The translations under genes were made by a program, and so were the position numbers. A model generated the notes under the pieces. That model was not told the DNA's origin and made no database searches. It worked only from the letters and a program-made list of their open reading frames with translations. A stretch of 45,443 nt of DNA, taken from the NCBI GenBank assembly GCA_964514595.1, contig CAZEQZ010000003.1, positions 1-45,443 on the forward strand. The letters are read 5' to 3'. Below, in pieces: positions 1 to 8,477 of the stretch. How positions within the stretch are numbered: position 1 is the stretch's first letter; every line of letters begins with the position of its first letter. Origin of the DNA: an uncultured Candidatus Saccharibacteria bacterium (GTDB taxonomy: Bacteria; Patescibacteriota; Dojkabacteria; SC72).

Positions 1-42
1 CCCCGATTTTCAAATTCCCCACGATCTGTTACTATATTACTC

Positions 43-672
43 ATGGATATTCAAAAGTTTCTTAAAAGACTATCTCTAAAAAGATTATATTTTATAAATG
101 CCGTACTTATTTTCTTCCTTTTTGTTTTAATATCCTCAACAACAGGATCAAACTTCTCCTTTCCCATATCTTCATACAGTAATTTAGGGAATCCTATGAA
201 TAATAGACTCTATATGTTTTTTAACGTAGGGTTAATAACTTCAGTAATATTCCTATCTATCTATTTCAGATATATTACTATGAAGTTATTCAAACACTCA
301 GAAATATTTCGAATCAGTTACATTATCCCAATAATAAGTGTAACTTTCATAGGTCTATTTCCTCAACAGGGAGACCTAAAACTACATGGATTTGCCATAA
401 TTGCCAATTTAATAATACTAACTGTTCTAACCCCTATTAACATTATTGGCCTCTACAGAAAAAGTCGCAAATTATTTTTCAAGTTGTTCCTTACAACCAC
501 CTCATATCTATTCTTAATCATCTTGTCGTTACTAATGATACCCTTTGACACAAAAAAGTTAGGGGTCCTAGAAACATTATTAATTCTCTATATTCTAACT
601 ATTTGCCTAATTGTTGATAATTTTCTTTTTAAAACAAGACTACTAAGCGGTAGAAGGCGACAGCAAGTATAG
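43..672 (+). CDS. polytopic membrane protein, function unknown
   Basis: 209-aa ORF with about six hydrophobic helices and a basic C-terminus (SGRRRQQV). A TGtTACTAT -10-like box ends 7 nt before the ATG. No catalytic motif recognised. Confidence 0.5.
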   Translation: MDIQKFLKRLSLKRLYFINAVLIFFLFVLISSTTGSNFSFPISSYSNLGNPMNNRLYMFFNVGLITSVIFLSIYFRYITMKLFKHSEIFRISYIIPIISVTFIGLFPQQGDLKLHGFAIIANLIILTVLTPINIIGLYRKSRKLFFKLFLTTTSYLFLIILSLLMIPFDTKKLGVLETLLILYILTICLIVDNFLFKTRLLSGRRRQQV

Positions 673-699
673 ATTTATCACACAGTAGAACTTTTCTAT

Positions 700-727
700 T
701 TGACACGACGTTATTTTGTGTTAGAAT
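700..727 (+). promoter_or_regulatory. sigma-70-type promoter, TTGACA-16 nt-TGtTAGAAT
   Basis: Consensus -35 at 700-705 and TG-extended -10 at 719-727, located 43 nt upstream of the ATG at 770. Confidence 0.5.
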
Positions 728-731
728 ATTA

Positions 732-747
732 ATGGGTATATACCCAT
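732..747. promoter_or_regulatory. perfect 16-bp palindrome ATGGGTATATACCCAT (candidate operator over the transcription start)
   Basis: The sequence equals its own reverse complement. It starts 5 nt after the -10 hexamer. Confidence 0.4.
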
Positions 748-769
748 ATTAAATTATTAAACAAATATA

Positions 770-979
770 ATGCCAAACTTAGACGGAACAGGACCATTGG
801 GGAGAGGTCCTAGAACAGGAAGAAGAGGAGGAAACATACCAAGACCTAGAGGATTGGGTGGTTCTTCTGAATGCATCTGCCCTAAATGTGGTTACAAAGA
901 GCCACATAAAAGAGGTGTACCCTGCTCTACAATCAGTTGCCCTAAGTGTAATGCTCCATTAAAAGGGCAATTCTGTTAA
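770..979 (+). CDS. small DUF5320-like protein with C-terminal double-CxxC zinc ribbon
   Basis: 69 aa. The N-terminus MPNLDGTGPLGRGPRTGRRGG is the Gly/Pro/Arg signature I associate with DUF5320. The C-terminus CICPKCG...CPKCN carries two CxxC knuckles. Lies 10 nt upstream of a DUF134 gene, its usual neighbour. Confidence 0.6.
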   Translation: MPNLDGTGPLGRGPRTGRRGGNIPRPRGLGGSSECICPKCGYKEPHKRGVPCSTISCPKCNAPLKGQFC

Positions 980-989
980 AATATATACT

Positions 990-1271
990 ATGAGAAGAAG
1001 ATCTAGAAGAAGAGTCGGTTACAATTTTAAAGAGGAATACTTTAAACCAAAAGGTATTCCTCTTAACCTGCTTCAAGAAACTACTCTCTCTTTTGAAGAA
1101 TTGGAAGTATTAAGGTTAAGATATATCAAAAAGTTAGATCAAACAACGGCATCAAAGGAAATGAATATATCACAGAGCCAATATCAAAGAGATTTAAGAA
1201 CTGCTTTGGAGAAAATAAGTAATGCCCTAATTAATGGAGATGCAATAAAGATAGAGAGAGAAAAGAAATAA
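990..1271 (+). CDS. DUF134/UPF0251 family putative DNA-binding protein
   Basis: 93 aa. Basic N-terminus followed by LSFEELEVLRLRYIKKLDQTTASKEMNISQSQYQRDL, a sigma-70 region-4-like HTH. Confidence 0.7.
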   Translation: MRRRSRRRVGYNFKEEYFKPKGIPLNLLQETTLSFEELEVLRLRYIKKLDQTTASKEMNISQSQYQRDLRTALEKISNALINGDAIKIEREKK

Positions 1272-1274
1272 TCA

Positions 1275-1303
1275 TTGCAAATTCTCTTAAAAACTCCTAC
1301 AAT
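1275..1303 (+). promoter_or_regulatory. promoter TTGCAA-17 nt-TACAAT for the LemA/DUF2207 pair
   Basis: Hexamers at 1275-1280 and 1298-1303 with a 17-nt spacer, 30 nt upstream of the ATG at 1333. Confidence 0.4.
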
Positions 1304-1332
1304 ATTAATATTAAATTAAACATATAATACAT

Positions 1333-1875
1333 ATGATATATGCAATTGGTATATTAGTACTCTTAGCAGTAGTACTTGTTGGTCTCTATAACAAACTTGC
1401 TAAACAGAAAATTGTTGTAGAAGAAGCCTCTGCTGATATTGAGACATTCCTTAAACAGAGATATGACATGATCCCAAACCTTGTTGAGATTGTAAAAGGA
1501 TATGCAAAACATGAACAGGAGACATTCAAACAGATTACCGAAATGAGGGCAAAGGCAATGTCCGCAGGATCTTTGGAGGACAAGATGGAGATAGAAGGTG
1601 AACTTACAAAAGCACTTTCTAAGATAATTGCTGTTGCAGAGAACTATCCTGAACTTAAAGCAAATACAAACTTTCTAGAGCTTCAATCAAGTCTTAAAGA
1701 TTTAGAAGATAATATTCAAAAATCTAGAAGGTTCTATAACGGTGCTGCTAGAGACTTTAATACTTTAATAGCCGTATTTCCAAATAATATCCTCGCAGGA
1801 GTATTTGGTTTCACAAAATTGCCATTCTTTGAGGCATCTGAGGAAGAGAAAAAGAATGTTGAGATAAAATTCTAA
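1333..1875 (+). CDS. lemA: LemA family membrane protein
   Basis: 180 aa. N-terminal TM helix, then YNKLAKQKIVVEEASADIETFLKQRYDMIPNLVEIVKGYAKHEQETF, which is LemA-like by eye. Confidence 0.85.
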   Translation: MIYAIGILVLLAVVLVGLYNKLAKQKIVVEEASADIETFLKQRYDMIPNLVEIVKGYAKHEQETFKQITEMRAKAMSAGSLEDKMEIEGELTKALSKIIAVAENYPELKANTNFLELQSSLKDLEDNIQKSRRFYNGAARDFNTLIAVFPNNILAGVFGFTKLPFFEASEEEKKNVEIKF

Positions 1876-1884
1876 GAAAGAGAT

Positions 1885-3615
1885 ATGAAAAAAGCACTGT
1901 ATTCTCTATTACTAGCCTTTTTTCTTTCTACATATCCCTTGGGTATGTTATTTGCCCAAGATTCACCACCTATAACTGAGCAAATTACACTGTTTAGGAG
2001 TGATATAGAGCAGTTTGAGAATACAGATATAAATATTAGAGAAGAAATACATTACTATTTTCCATCATACAAACACGGAATTATTAGAGAAATACCTATT
2101 GATTACAAAGTACAAGCTGGATTCAAGCGACCAACAACATTAACTCTAAATGAAATTTACTATTATCCAAAAGATTTTCCTGAAAGAAAATTCACACAAT
2201 ATGAAAGAAGCAGTAAAAGTGGTTATGCAATATTTAAGATAGGAGATCCTGAATCTACTATTCAGGGAGAGTATGTATACGTCATCGATTACACCTTAAA
2301 AAACGCTGTTAATTACTTTGATGAATATGACGAATTATATTTAAATATAACGGGGAATGGTTGGTCTGTACCTATTATCCAGGCAGTCTCAAACATCAAA
2401 GTTCCAGGGAGTATAACAGACAAGATCTGTTATACAGGCCTTGCTGGCTCTACAGAATCCAATTGTACATTTGAACAGGTGAATGATACGGAGATTAACC
2501 TTTCATCTAATACACTATTAGGAAATCTTGAAGGCTTAACTGTAGCAGTTAAAATGCCTAAGGGAACACTCGAAGATACGTCACGAAGACAGTTATTTGC
2601 TTTATTAATAGCAAACATAGGAATCCTTCTTCCTATACCAACTTTTATATTCCTAAGTGGTATTGTAAAGAAGAAAGGAAAAAATAAGAAGATAACTGTA
2701 TTTCCACATTATGAACCTGAAAAAGGTATGTATCCTATATTAGGAGGATATATATACTCTAAAGCACTGAATAATAAACACATTACTGCAGAAATAATAC
2801 AATTAGCTATAGATGGGCATATCAAAATAAAGCAAGAGGGGAAGAGAGATTACATATTAGCAAAGGATAATGTTGACAAGGAGATTAGTTTAGAGATACC
2901 AAGAACCCTGTACTCAGGTTTATTTAAGAAAGGAGATGAAGTTAATACAAAAAAGATTAGTTCTGATTTTTATCTCACTGTTAGAAGTCTTAATACTTCC
3001 TTAAACAAGGAGGTATATGCAGAGGAATACTTTAGTACAGAAAGAAGAAATCTAAAAGGCAAACTTGTTCTAGCGGGAGTTCTAGGAATATTTCTTTTCT
3101 TTTTCACAATTGCCCAATTATCATATATAGCAGCAACCGGCTGGGGGATTGGGTTATTAATCTCATCTATACTTTCTTTAATATTCGCATTTCAAGTAGA
3201 TATTAGGGCAGATAGGGGAAATAAAGCATATTATGAATTAGAAGGATTAAAAATGTATATTAATACCGCAGAGAAACACAGAATAGAGTTCCATAATGAT
3301 CCTGAGAAATTTAGAGGGGTATTCGAGATGCTACTTCCATATGCAATTATTTTCGGTTTAGAGAAGAAATGGGCAAATGAATTTAAAGATATATACAAAG
3401 AACCTCCGTCTTGGTATGAGGGCGATATGAGAGCCTTTAACTCATATGTATTGGCTAACTCCATAGCAGGCATAAGCAAGAATGTACAGGCAAGATCTGC
3501 TCCACCTAATAGTGCTGGAGGATTCTCTTCAAGTCACGGAGCATCAGGAGGAAGTGGTTTTAGTGGAGGAAGTAGTGGTGGAGGTTTTGGAGGAGGTGGT
3601 GGAAGCAGTTGGTAG
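1885..3615 (+). CDS. DUF2207 domain membrane protein
   Basis: 576 aa with signal peptide, N-terminal ectodomain, internal TM helices and a Gly/Ser-rich C-tail (GGSGFSGGSSGGGFGGGGGSSW). Starts 9 nt after LemA, the conserved LemA/DUF2207 pairing. Confidence 0.75.
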   Translation: MKKALYSLLLAFFLSTYPLGMLFAQDSPPITEQITLFRSDIEQFENTDINIREEIHYYFPSYKHGIIREIPIDYKVQAGFKRPTTLTLNEIYYYPKDFPERKFTQYERSSKSGYAIFKIGDPESTIQGEYVYVIDYTLKNAVNYFDEYDELYLNITGNGWSVPIIQAVSNIKVPGSITDKICYTGLAGSTESNCTFEQVNDTEINLSSNTLLGNLEGLTVAVKMPKGTLEDTSRRQLFALLIANIGILLPIPTFIFLSGIVKKKGKNKKITVFPHYEPEKGMYPILGGYIYSKALNNKHITAEIIQLAIDGHIKIKQEGKRDYILAKDNVDKEISLEIPRTLYSGLFKKGDEVNTKKISSDFYLTVRSLNTSLNKEVYAEEYFSTERRNLKGKLVLAGVLGIFLFFFTIAQLSYIAATGWGIGLLISSILSLIFAFQVDIRADRGNKAYYELEGLKMYINTAEKHRIEFHNDPEKFRGVFEMLLPYAIIFGLEKKWANEFKDIYKEPPSWYEGDMRAFNSYVLANSIAGISKNVQARSAPPNSAGGFSSSHGASGGSGFSGGSSGGGFGGGGGSSW

Positions 3616-3617
3616 CA

Positions 3618-4676
3618 TTACCATTTGATGGTGTATCCTTTAACTGTCGTAATTAACCAAGAGTATATGTAGTAAATGTAATACTTTAGTTTGTTTAAAG
3701 GATAATCCCTACTATGCATATATGTAACTTTCTGACCACCTAAACTCTGTTTAAAATCATTTACCCCTTTCCAAGGATGCTTCTTTCCTTCATACTGCAT
3801 AGGTACTACACCACCAAAAAGATCTAAAACCTCACAACCCAACTCTTTCCCTAATTTCAAAGCTTCCCAAAACAGAAGATATGAAATATTAATATTCTTA
3901 TCCCTAAACTTAGTATCAGTACCAGCCTGATACAGGTGCATATGCTTTCCATATACAGTACATTGCCATATACCAATAGGCTTACTATTGTAATAGCCAA
4001 TTAGCATATAACACATACCTTTTGATATTTGCTCCCTTAACTCTGCAAGAAGTAATCTTACCGGCTTATCCCTGTACCCCTTTAATTTAGTTGTTTGATT
4101 GTGAAAATCTTCAAAAATTTCAAACTGAGAATCATCCGTAAACACTTTAACTAATGCATTCTCGTCCTTTAATAATCTATTTAATAAATTTCTCTTTGTC
4201 TTATTCATATCCCTCCTTAACTCCTCCAAATCCTTTCTAAGATCTATTTGTTGAGATATCAAAGCGTCCACATTATGTATAGGTGCCTTAATTAGGGAAT
4301 TTTTACTATAGAAATTTTTTAATTCTTCATTTTCTCTATATAAGGGGGCAAATCGTACTAAGAAACAATTGTTTTCTTTCCCAACCTTTCTACAAAAACT
4401 CAAGATCTCTTCCCAATACTCTACCCTACTGTTTAATAAAATAGGGGAGTGTTTGCATTCTAAAAAATGTCCAAATATTTTAGAAAACCCCACAGATAGC
4501 AATACTATTCCTAAATACTGCTCTTTATTAAATATCGCATATCTGAAAGACTTAGCACCTACACTTTCGTTATACCTATGTCTAGCACTACTATTTAAAA
4601 AGGAATATATTGGTAACTTAAGTACATACTCATCCCACAAATTATCATCTTCTATTAACCTAAATTCTAATTGCAT
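3618..4676 (-). CDS. FemAB-family peptidoglycan bridge-formation (aminoacyl) transferase-like protein
   Basis: 352 aa. Two-lobed GNAT-like layout with a central coiled region (DLRKDLEELRRDMNKTKRNLLNRL) and a C-terminal KGVNDFKQSLGG, as in FemA/FemB/FemX-type proteins. Confidence 0.6.
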   Translation of the reverse strand: MQLEFRLIEDDNLWDEYVLKLPIYSFLNSSARHRYNESVGAKSFRYAIFNKEQYLGIVLLSVGFSKIFGHFLECKHSPILLNSRVEYWEEILSFCRKVGKENNCFLVRFAPLYRENEELKNFYSKNSLIKAPIHNVDALISQQIDLRKDLEELRRDMNKTKRNLLNRLLKDENALVKVFTDDSQFEIFEDFHNQTTKLKGYRDKPVRLLLAELREQISKGMCYMLIGYYNSKPIGIWQCTVYGKHMHLYQAGTDTKFRDKNINISYLLFWEALKLGKELGCEVLDLFGGVVPMQYEGKKHPWKGVNDFKQSLGGQKVTYMHSRDYPLNKLKYYIYYIYSWLITTVKGYTIKW

Positions 4677-4688
4677 ATAGATATATTA

Positions 4689-5939
4689 TTAAATCTTAAG
4701 AGGTTTAGCAAAGGTATTTATAATATCTACAATCTTTCTGGCTATATCCTCGGTAACTTCTATATTTGTTGGGAGATTAAGTACACCATTCATACATCTC
4801 TCAGCATTAGGACACTGAGAAGAAACATACCCCACCCTTTCTAATTCTTTCTCATTCAAGGGGAATACAGGAGTGCTGTACCATATACCTGCTATAACAC
4901 CTTCCTTTGCAAATTTCCGTTTTATTTCATTCCTGTTTCCCAAAAGTATTGGATATCTAATTAGTGTATTACTACTTGAATTAAATTTAAATTCATTTTT
5001 CAGACCTACAGCATAAATATTAACGATATTTTGCCTATGTTTATTAAGCTCCTCCAATTTATGTAACTGATTAAGAAGCATGGAGGCTTGAATTTTACTC
5101 ATCTTTTTGGCTCCCTCTATTTTTAATGTGTCAAAAGAAGCCTGTCTCTTAATTAATCCCAAGGCTCTGCACAGTATAATTTGTATCTTTCCAAGGGTAA
5201 TATTCCCAATGGGGAGGATCTTTTTAAAATAATTTCTCTTAATCCTATCCCAAATAACAACATACCGCGCACAATACTTCGCTTCCTTTTTAGGAATCTC
5301 ACCCAATTTTAAATATGCGCTGTCTATGATCTCTTTCAATTCCTGATTATTAACAACAAGCATAGCTCCTTGTGTACAGCTGATACTCTTATCCTGAGAA
5401 AAGCTAAAAAAATACATGTCTGAATACTGACCAATATTTAGCTCTTGTAGATTTTTTGTAAAAAGGTGTGCACAATCCTCTACTAAGTAGATCTCATTTT
5501 CTCTCTCTCTACCCTTATTTATTTCATCTACTATCATTCTCACCTTTGAGACATTAATGATGTTTCCGAATGTATGTTGCAGGATAATTACTCTGGTTCT
5601 ATTTGATACCTTACTTCTCAATTGCTCTGGGTTCATATTAAAAGTATTCGGATTAATATCGACATATACCGGTTTTGCACCAACCCAGAGTATTGGGGCT
5701 ACTACAGCAACGCACGTGAATGCTTGAGTAATTACTTCATCCCCCTCTGAAAGGTTTAACTGTTTTAGAAAGAAATACAGTGCCTCCCTTCCTTTGTTGA
5801 AAAAAAGAGCTTCTTTTCCTAACTCTTCTCTCAGATGATTCAGTGAATTTGTTGTATCTACTTTCCCTCTCAAAGCATCCCTTGCCAACAATACATCATC
5901 CTGTTGTGCATTTGGGGTAGAACCAATAAATACTCCCAT
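4689..5939 (-). CDS. DegT/DnrJ/EryC1/StrS family sugar aminotransferase
   Basis: 416 aa. Motifs GDEVITQAFTCVA, DCAHLF and FSFSQDKSIS (PLP-lysine context). Confidence 0.8.
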   Translation of the reverse strand: MGVFIGSTPNAQQDDVLLARDALRGKVDTTNSLNHLREELGKEALFFNKGREALYFFLKQLNLSEGDEVITQAFTCVAVVAPILWVGAKPVYVDINPNTFNMNPEQLRSKVSNRTRVIILQHTFGNIINVSKVRMIVDEINKGRERENEIYLVEDCAHLFTKNLQELNIGQYSDMYFFSFSQDKSISCTQGAMLVVNNQELKEIIDSAYLKLGEIPKKEAKYCARYVVIWDRIKRNYFKKILPIGNITLGKIQIILCRALGLIKRQASFDTLKIEGAKKMSKIQASMLLNQLHKLEELNKHRQNIVNIYAVGLKNEFKFNSSSNTLIRYPILLGNRNEIKRKFAKEGVIAGIWYSTPVFPLNEKELERVGYVSSQCPNAERCMNGVLNLPTNIEVTEDIARKIVDIINTFAKPLKI

Positions 5940-5940
5940 A

Positions 5941-6651
5941 CTATTTGTTTATTAAAAATAAGCAGGGGACCTTTTCTAATACAATATTTGTACTTTTCCA
6001 CTCTGATATACTCTTTGTTTTAACATATTCATCTTTCGACATAATATTCATAGCTATACATAGTTTTGTATCATCTTCACAAATTTCTAAAATATCTTCT
6101 AACATATATTGATTCTTATATGGTGTTTCCATAAATATTTGTGTTTGTTGCGTATTAACAGCTACTCTCTCCAATGATTTAATTCTTTTTCTTTTTAATC
6201 CTTTCTCTTTTGGTAGATATCCATTAAAAGCAAAGCTTTGACCATTTAAACCAGATAGCATTAAGGAAAGGATTATAGAGCTTGGCCCTACCAATGCTTT
6301 TATGTCTAGACTTTCTTCTTGGGCTATAGAAACAATACGATATCCAGGATCTGCAATTGTGGGAAGTCCAGCATCCGAAATTACCCCTATATCATTTCCT
6401 GAGTATATTGGAGATAACAATTCTTTAAGTTCTTCATCCACCGTATGTTCACTAAGAACACTCATATGTGCCTCCTGTATTTTCTTTTTAAGAGGAAGTG
6501 TCCTTAAAAAGGAGCGTGCAATCTTGGGTGTCTCCACTATAAAATGCTCTAAATTTGAAATTGATTCTAGATACATAGGTAGCAATATATCTTGCATACT
6601 TTGATCTGAAGATATTGGTGTTGGTATTAAAAAGAGTGTTCCTTTTTTCAT
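5941..6651 (-). CDS. tetrapyrrole-methylase-fold SAM-dependent methyltransferase, RsmI-like
   Basis: 236 aa. Motifs GTLFLIPTPI and ISDAGLPTIADPGYRIV. Its ATG overlaps the mutL stop codon by 1 nt. Confidence 0.65.
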   Translation of the reverse strand: MKKGTLFLIPTPISSDQSMQDILLPMYLESISNLEHFIVETPKIARSFLRTLPLKKKIQEAHMSVLSEHTVDEELKELLSPIYSGNDIGVISDAGLPTIADPGYRIVSIAQEESLDIKALVGPSSIILSLMLSGLNGQSFAFNGYLPKEKGLKRKRIKSLERVAVNTQQTQIFMETPYKNQYMLEDILEICEDDTKLCIAMNIMSKDEYVKTKSISEWKSTNIVLEKVPCLFLINK

Positions 6652-8441
6652 TAATATGTTCTTTCAAAATTACTATCTATTTGTGAAAGTGTTAACTTCC
6701 ATACGGCAGGTCTTCCATGAGGACAGCTATATGGATTATCACACTTTGAGAGCTTATCAAAAAGATCTAACATTGTTTTTTTGTCCAAAGCCTGTCCACT
6801 CCTAATACTATTATGACATGATATTGTGGCTAAAACATCATCCCTTAACTTTTTAAAGTTTTTCTCAAGTTGAGAAATATTTTCTTCTAGGGCAAAAATT
6901 TCCTCGAAAACCTTTTTAAAATCAGCATGAGAAAATTCCACTGGGGAACTCATAAGTAAAATCGTTCCATCTTTAATTTCATACAATATACCTAAATCTT
7001 TGAAGAACTCTGTATGTTCATCTAGGAAAATGGTTTCATCCTTTCTTAATTCTATTTCAATAGGTACAAGGTAGTTTTGTATATCCATTGATGTTTTTCC
7101 TTTTAATAACTTTTCAAAGGTAACTCTCTCTGCTGCTGCATGCTGATCTACTATCCAAAGGTTATCATCCCTAAACTCCACAACTATATACTTATTAAAT
7201 ATCTGAAATATATTAGACACATCACGATCCTCATCCCACGGAAATTCTTCCTGTTCTAAGGGTGGAGAATCTTTCAGCAGTTCTTTCGAAAATAGTAGTG
7301 TGTCTTTAACAGAAGTAGATTTGTTAGAGGTATATATATTTATTGGTTTATATTCCTTAATACCCGTACTTTCTTTCTTAAATCCATTCCTTAATGAAGA
7401 GAAATCTGTAGATGTGTTTTTAAAAGACAGCTCTTTTTCCAGAGTATGCCTGACAGCTTCCTCTACGGCAGAGTATATTCTAAATGGATTTTCGAACCTA
7501 ACTTCTTCCTTTCTGGGATGTACATTAACATCAACTAATTCTGGATTAATATTTAAAGAAACCACAAAATCAACTTTCTGACCAAAAGGGAGATATCGAG
7601 AATATCCTTCATATACTGCCCTAACAATCCCCCTGTCTGAAATCGGCCTGTTATTTACAAAGATATATGACCTAGATTGTCTTGTGCTATGTGATGAAGG
7701 GTGAGCAATATATCCAGAGATTTGTAATCCAGAGCCATTATAGTTTAACTTCAAAAAATTGGAGCTATCACCCAAAATTCCTTTTACTCTTTCCAATGAT
7801 ATCTCTCCTGCAACATTATTAAGAATTTCAGGCAGATCCTCAATCACTTTCCCATCTTTCTCAAGGATAAAGTGGATATTGGGGTATATTAGAAAGTAGT
7901 TTGTTAGGAGTTCATATATTTTCCTATATTCCGTCTGTGCTGTTTTAAGATATTTCTTTCTAGCAGGAATATTATAGAAAATATTTTCTACTCTCACTGT
8001 GGTTCCCTGTTCCTTAGCTGTTTTTTTTACAGAAGACTTACCTTTTTCATCAAAATAAATCTCATTGGCTATATCATCACCTTCATATTTTGAAGCTAAA
8101 TGAACTCGTGATACAGAAGTGATTGTTGAGAGTGCTTCACCTCTAAAACCCATACTAAGAAGTGTATTAAGATCCTCTATATCCTTTATTTTAGATGTGG
8201 TATGAGAATCAAAAACAGAAGCGATATTCTCCTTAGGGATACCTATACCATTATCAGAAATCTCAATACTATCTATCCCTCCATTTTTGATCTTAATGTG
8301 TATCTTAGAAGCTTGTGCATCAATTGAATTGTCTACTAACTCTTTAACAACAGAGCTAGGTCTTTCCACTACCTCCCCAGCTGCTATCTGATTAATCACT
8401 TCCTGAGACAATTTGGTTATTACTGGTTTTTGCATATTCAT
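6651..8441 (-). CDS. mutL: DNA mismatch repair protein MutL (endonuclease-proficient type)
   Basis: 596 aa. GHKL ATPase motif IAAGEVVERPSSVVKELVDNSIDA and C-terminal motifs DQHAAAERVTFE and CPHGRP. An alternative ATG lies at 8435. Confidence 0.9.
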   Translation of the reverse strand: MNMQKPVITKLSQEVINQIAAGEVVERPSSVVKELVDNSIDAQASKIHIKIKNGGIDSIEISDNGIGIPKENIASVFDSHTTSKIKDIEDLNTLLSMGFRGEALSTITSVSRVHLASKYEGDDIANEIYFDEKGKSSVKKTAKEQGTTVRVENIFYNIPARKKYLKTAQTEYRKIYELLTNYFLIYPNIHFILEKDGKVIEDLPEILNNVAGEISLERVKGILGDSSNFLKLNYNGSGLQISGYIAHPSSHSTRQSRSYIFVNNRPISDRGIVRAVYEGYSRYLPFGQKVDFVVSLNINPELVDVNVHPRKEEVRFENPFRIYSAVEEAVRHTLEKELSFKNTSTDFSSLRNGFKKESTGIKEYKPINIYTSNKSTSVKDTLLFSKELLKDSPPLEQEEFPWDEDRDVSNIFQIFNKYIVVEFRDDNLWIVDQHAAAERVTFEKLLKGKTSMDIQNYLVPIEIELRKDETIFLDEHTEFFKDLGILYEIKDGTILLMSSPVEFSHADFKKVFEEIFALEENISQLEKNFKKLRDDVLATISCHNSIRSGQALDKKTMLDLFDKLSKCDNPYSCPHGRPAVWKLTLSQIDSNFERTY

Positions 8442-8477
8442 TATTCTAACACATTCATATATCTGCTAGAATACGAT

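Noticed and set aside
1-9. The 9-mer CCCCGATTT is shared by two upstream regions (1-9 and 18512-18520).
   Set aside because: Its position relative to the -10 box differs (21 nt versus 3 nt), and CCCGAT also occurs inside coding regions. It is probably chance.
3541-3612. Short tandem-looking GGA/GGT repeats, plus a general check for a CRISPR array or other DNA tandem repeats.
   Set aside because: This is the Gly/Ser-rich C-tail coding region of the DUF2207 protein. I saw no regularly spaced direct repeats with unique spacers anywhere in the window.
8430-8477. ORF-track starts using TTG or upstream codons for uvrB (8430), gpmI (24588), uvrC (15093), DUF2726 (41377) and the 118-aa gene (42996).
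   Set aside because: The N-terminal extensions are not homolog-like, and downstream ATGs have proper promoter or SD context and give canonical N-termini (MNQFRLNSPY, MKVKQKVLLIILDG, MNKSKLDTLP).
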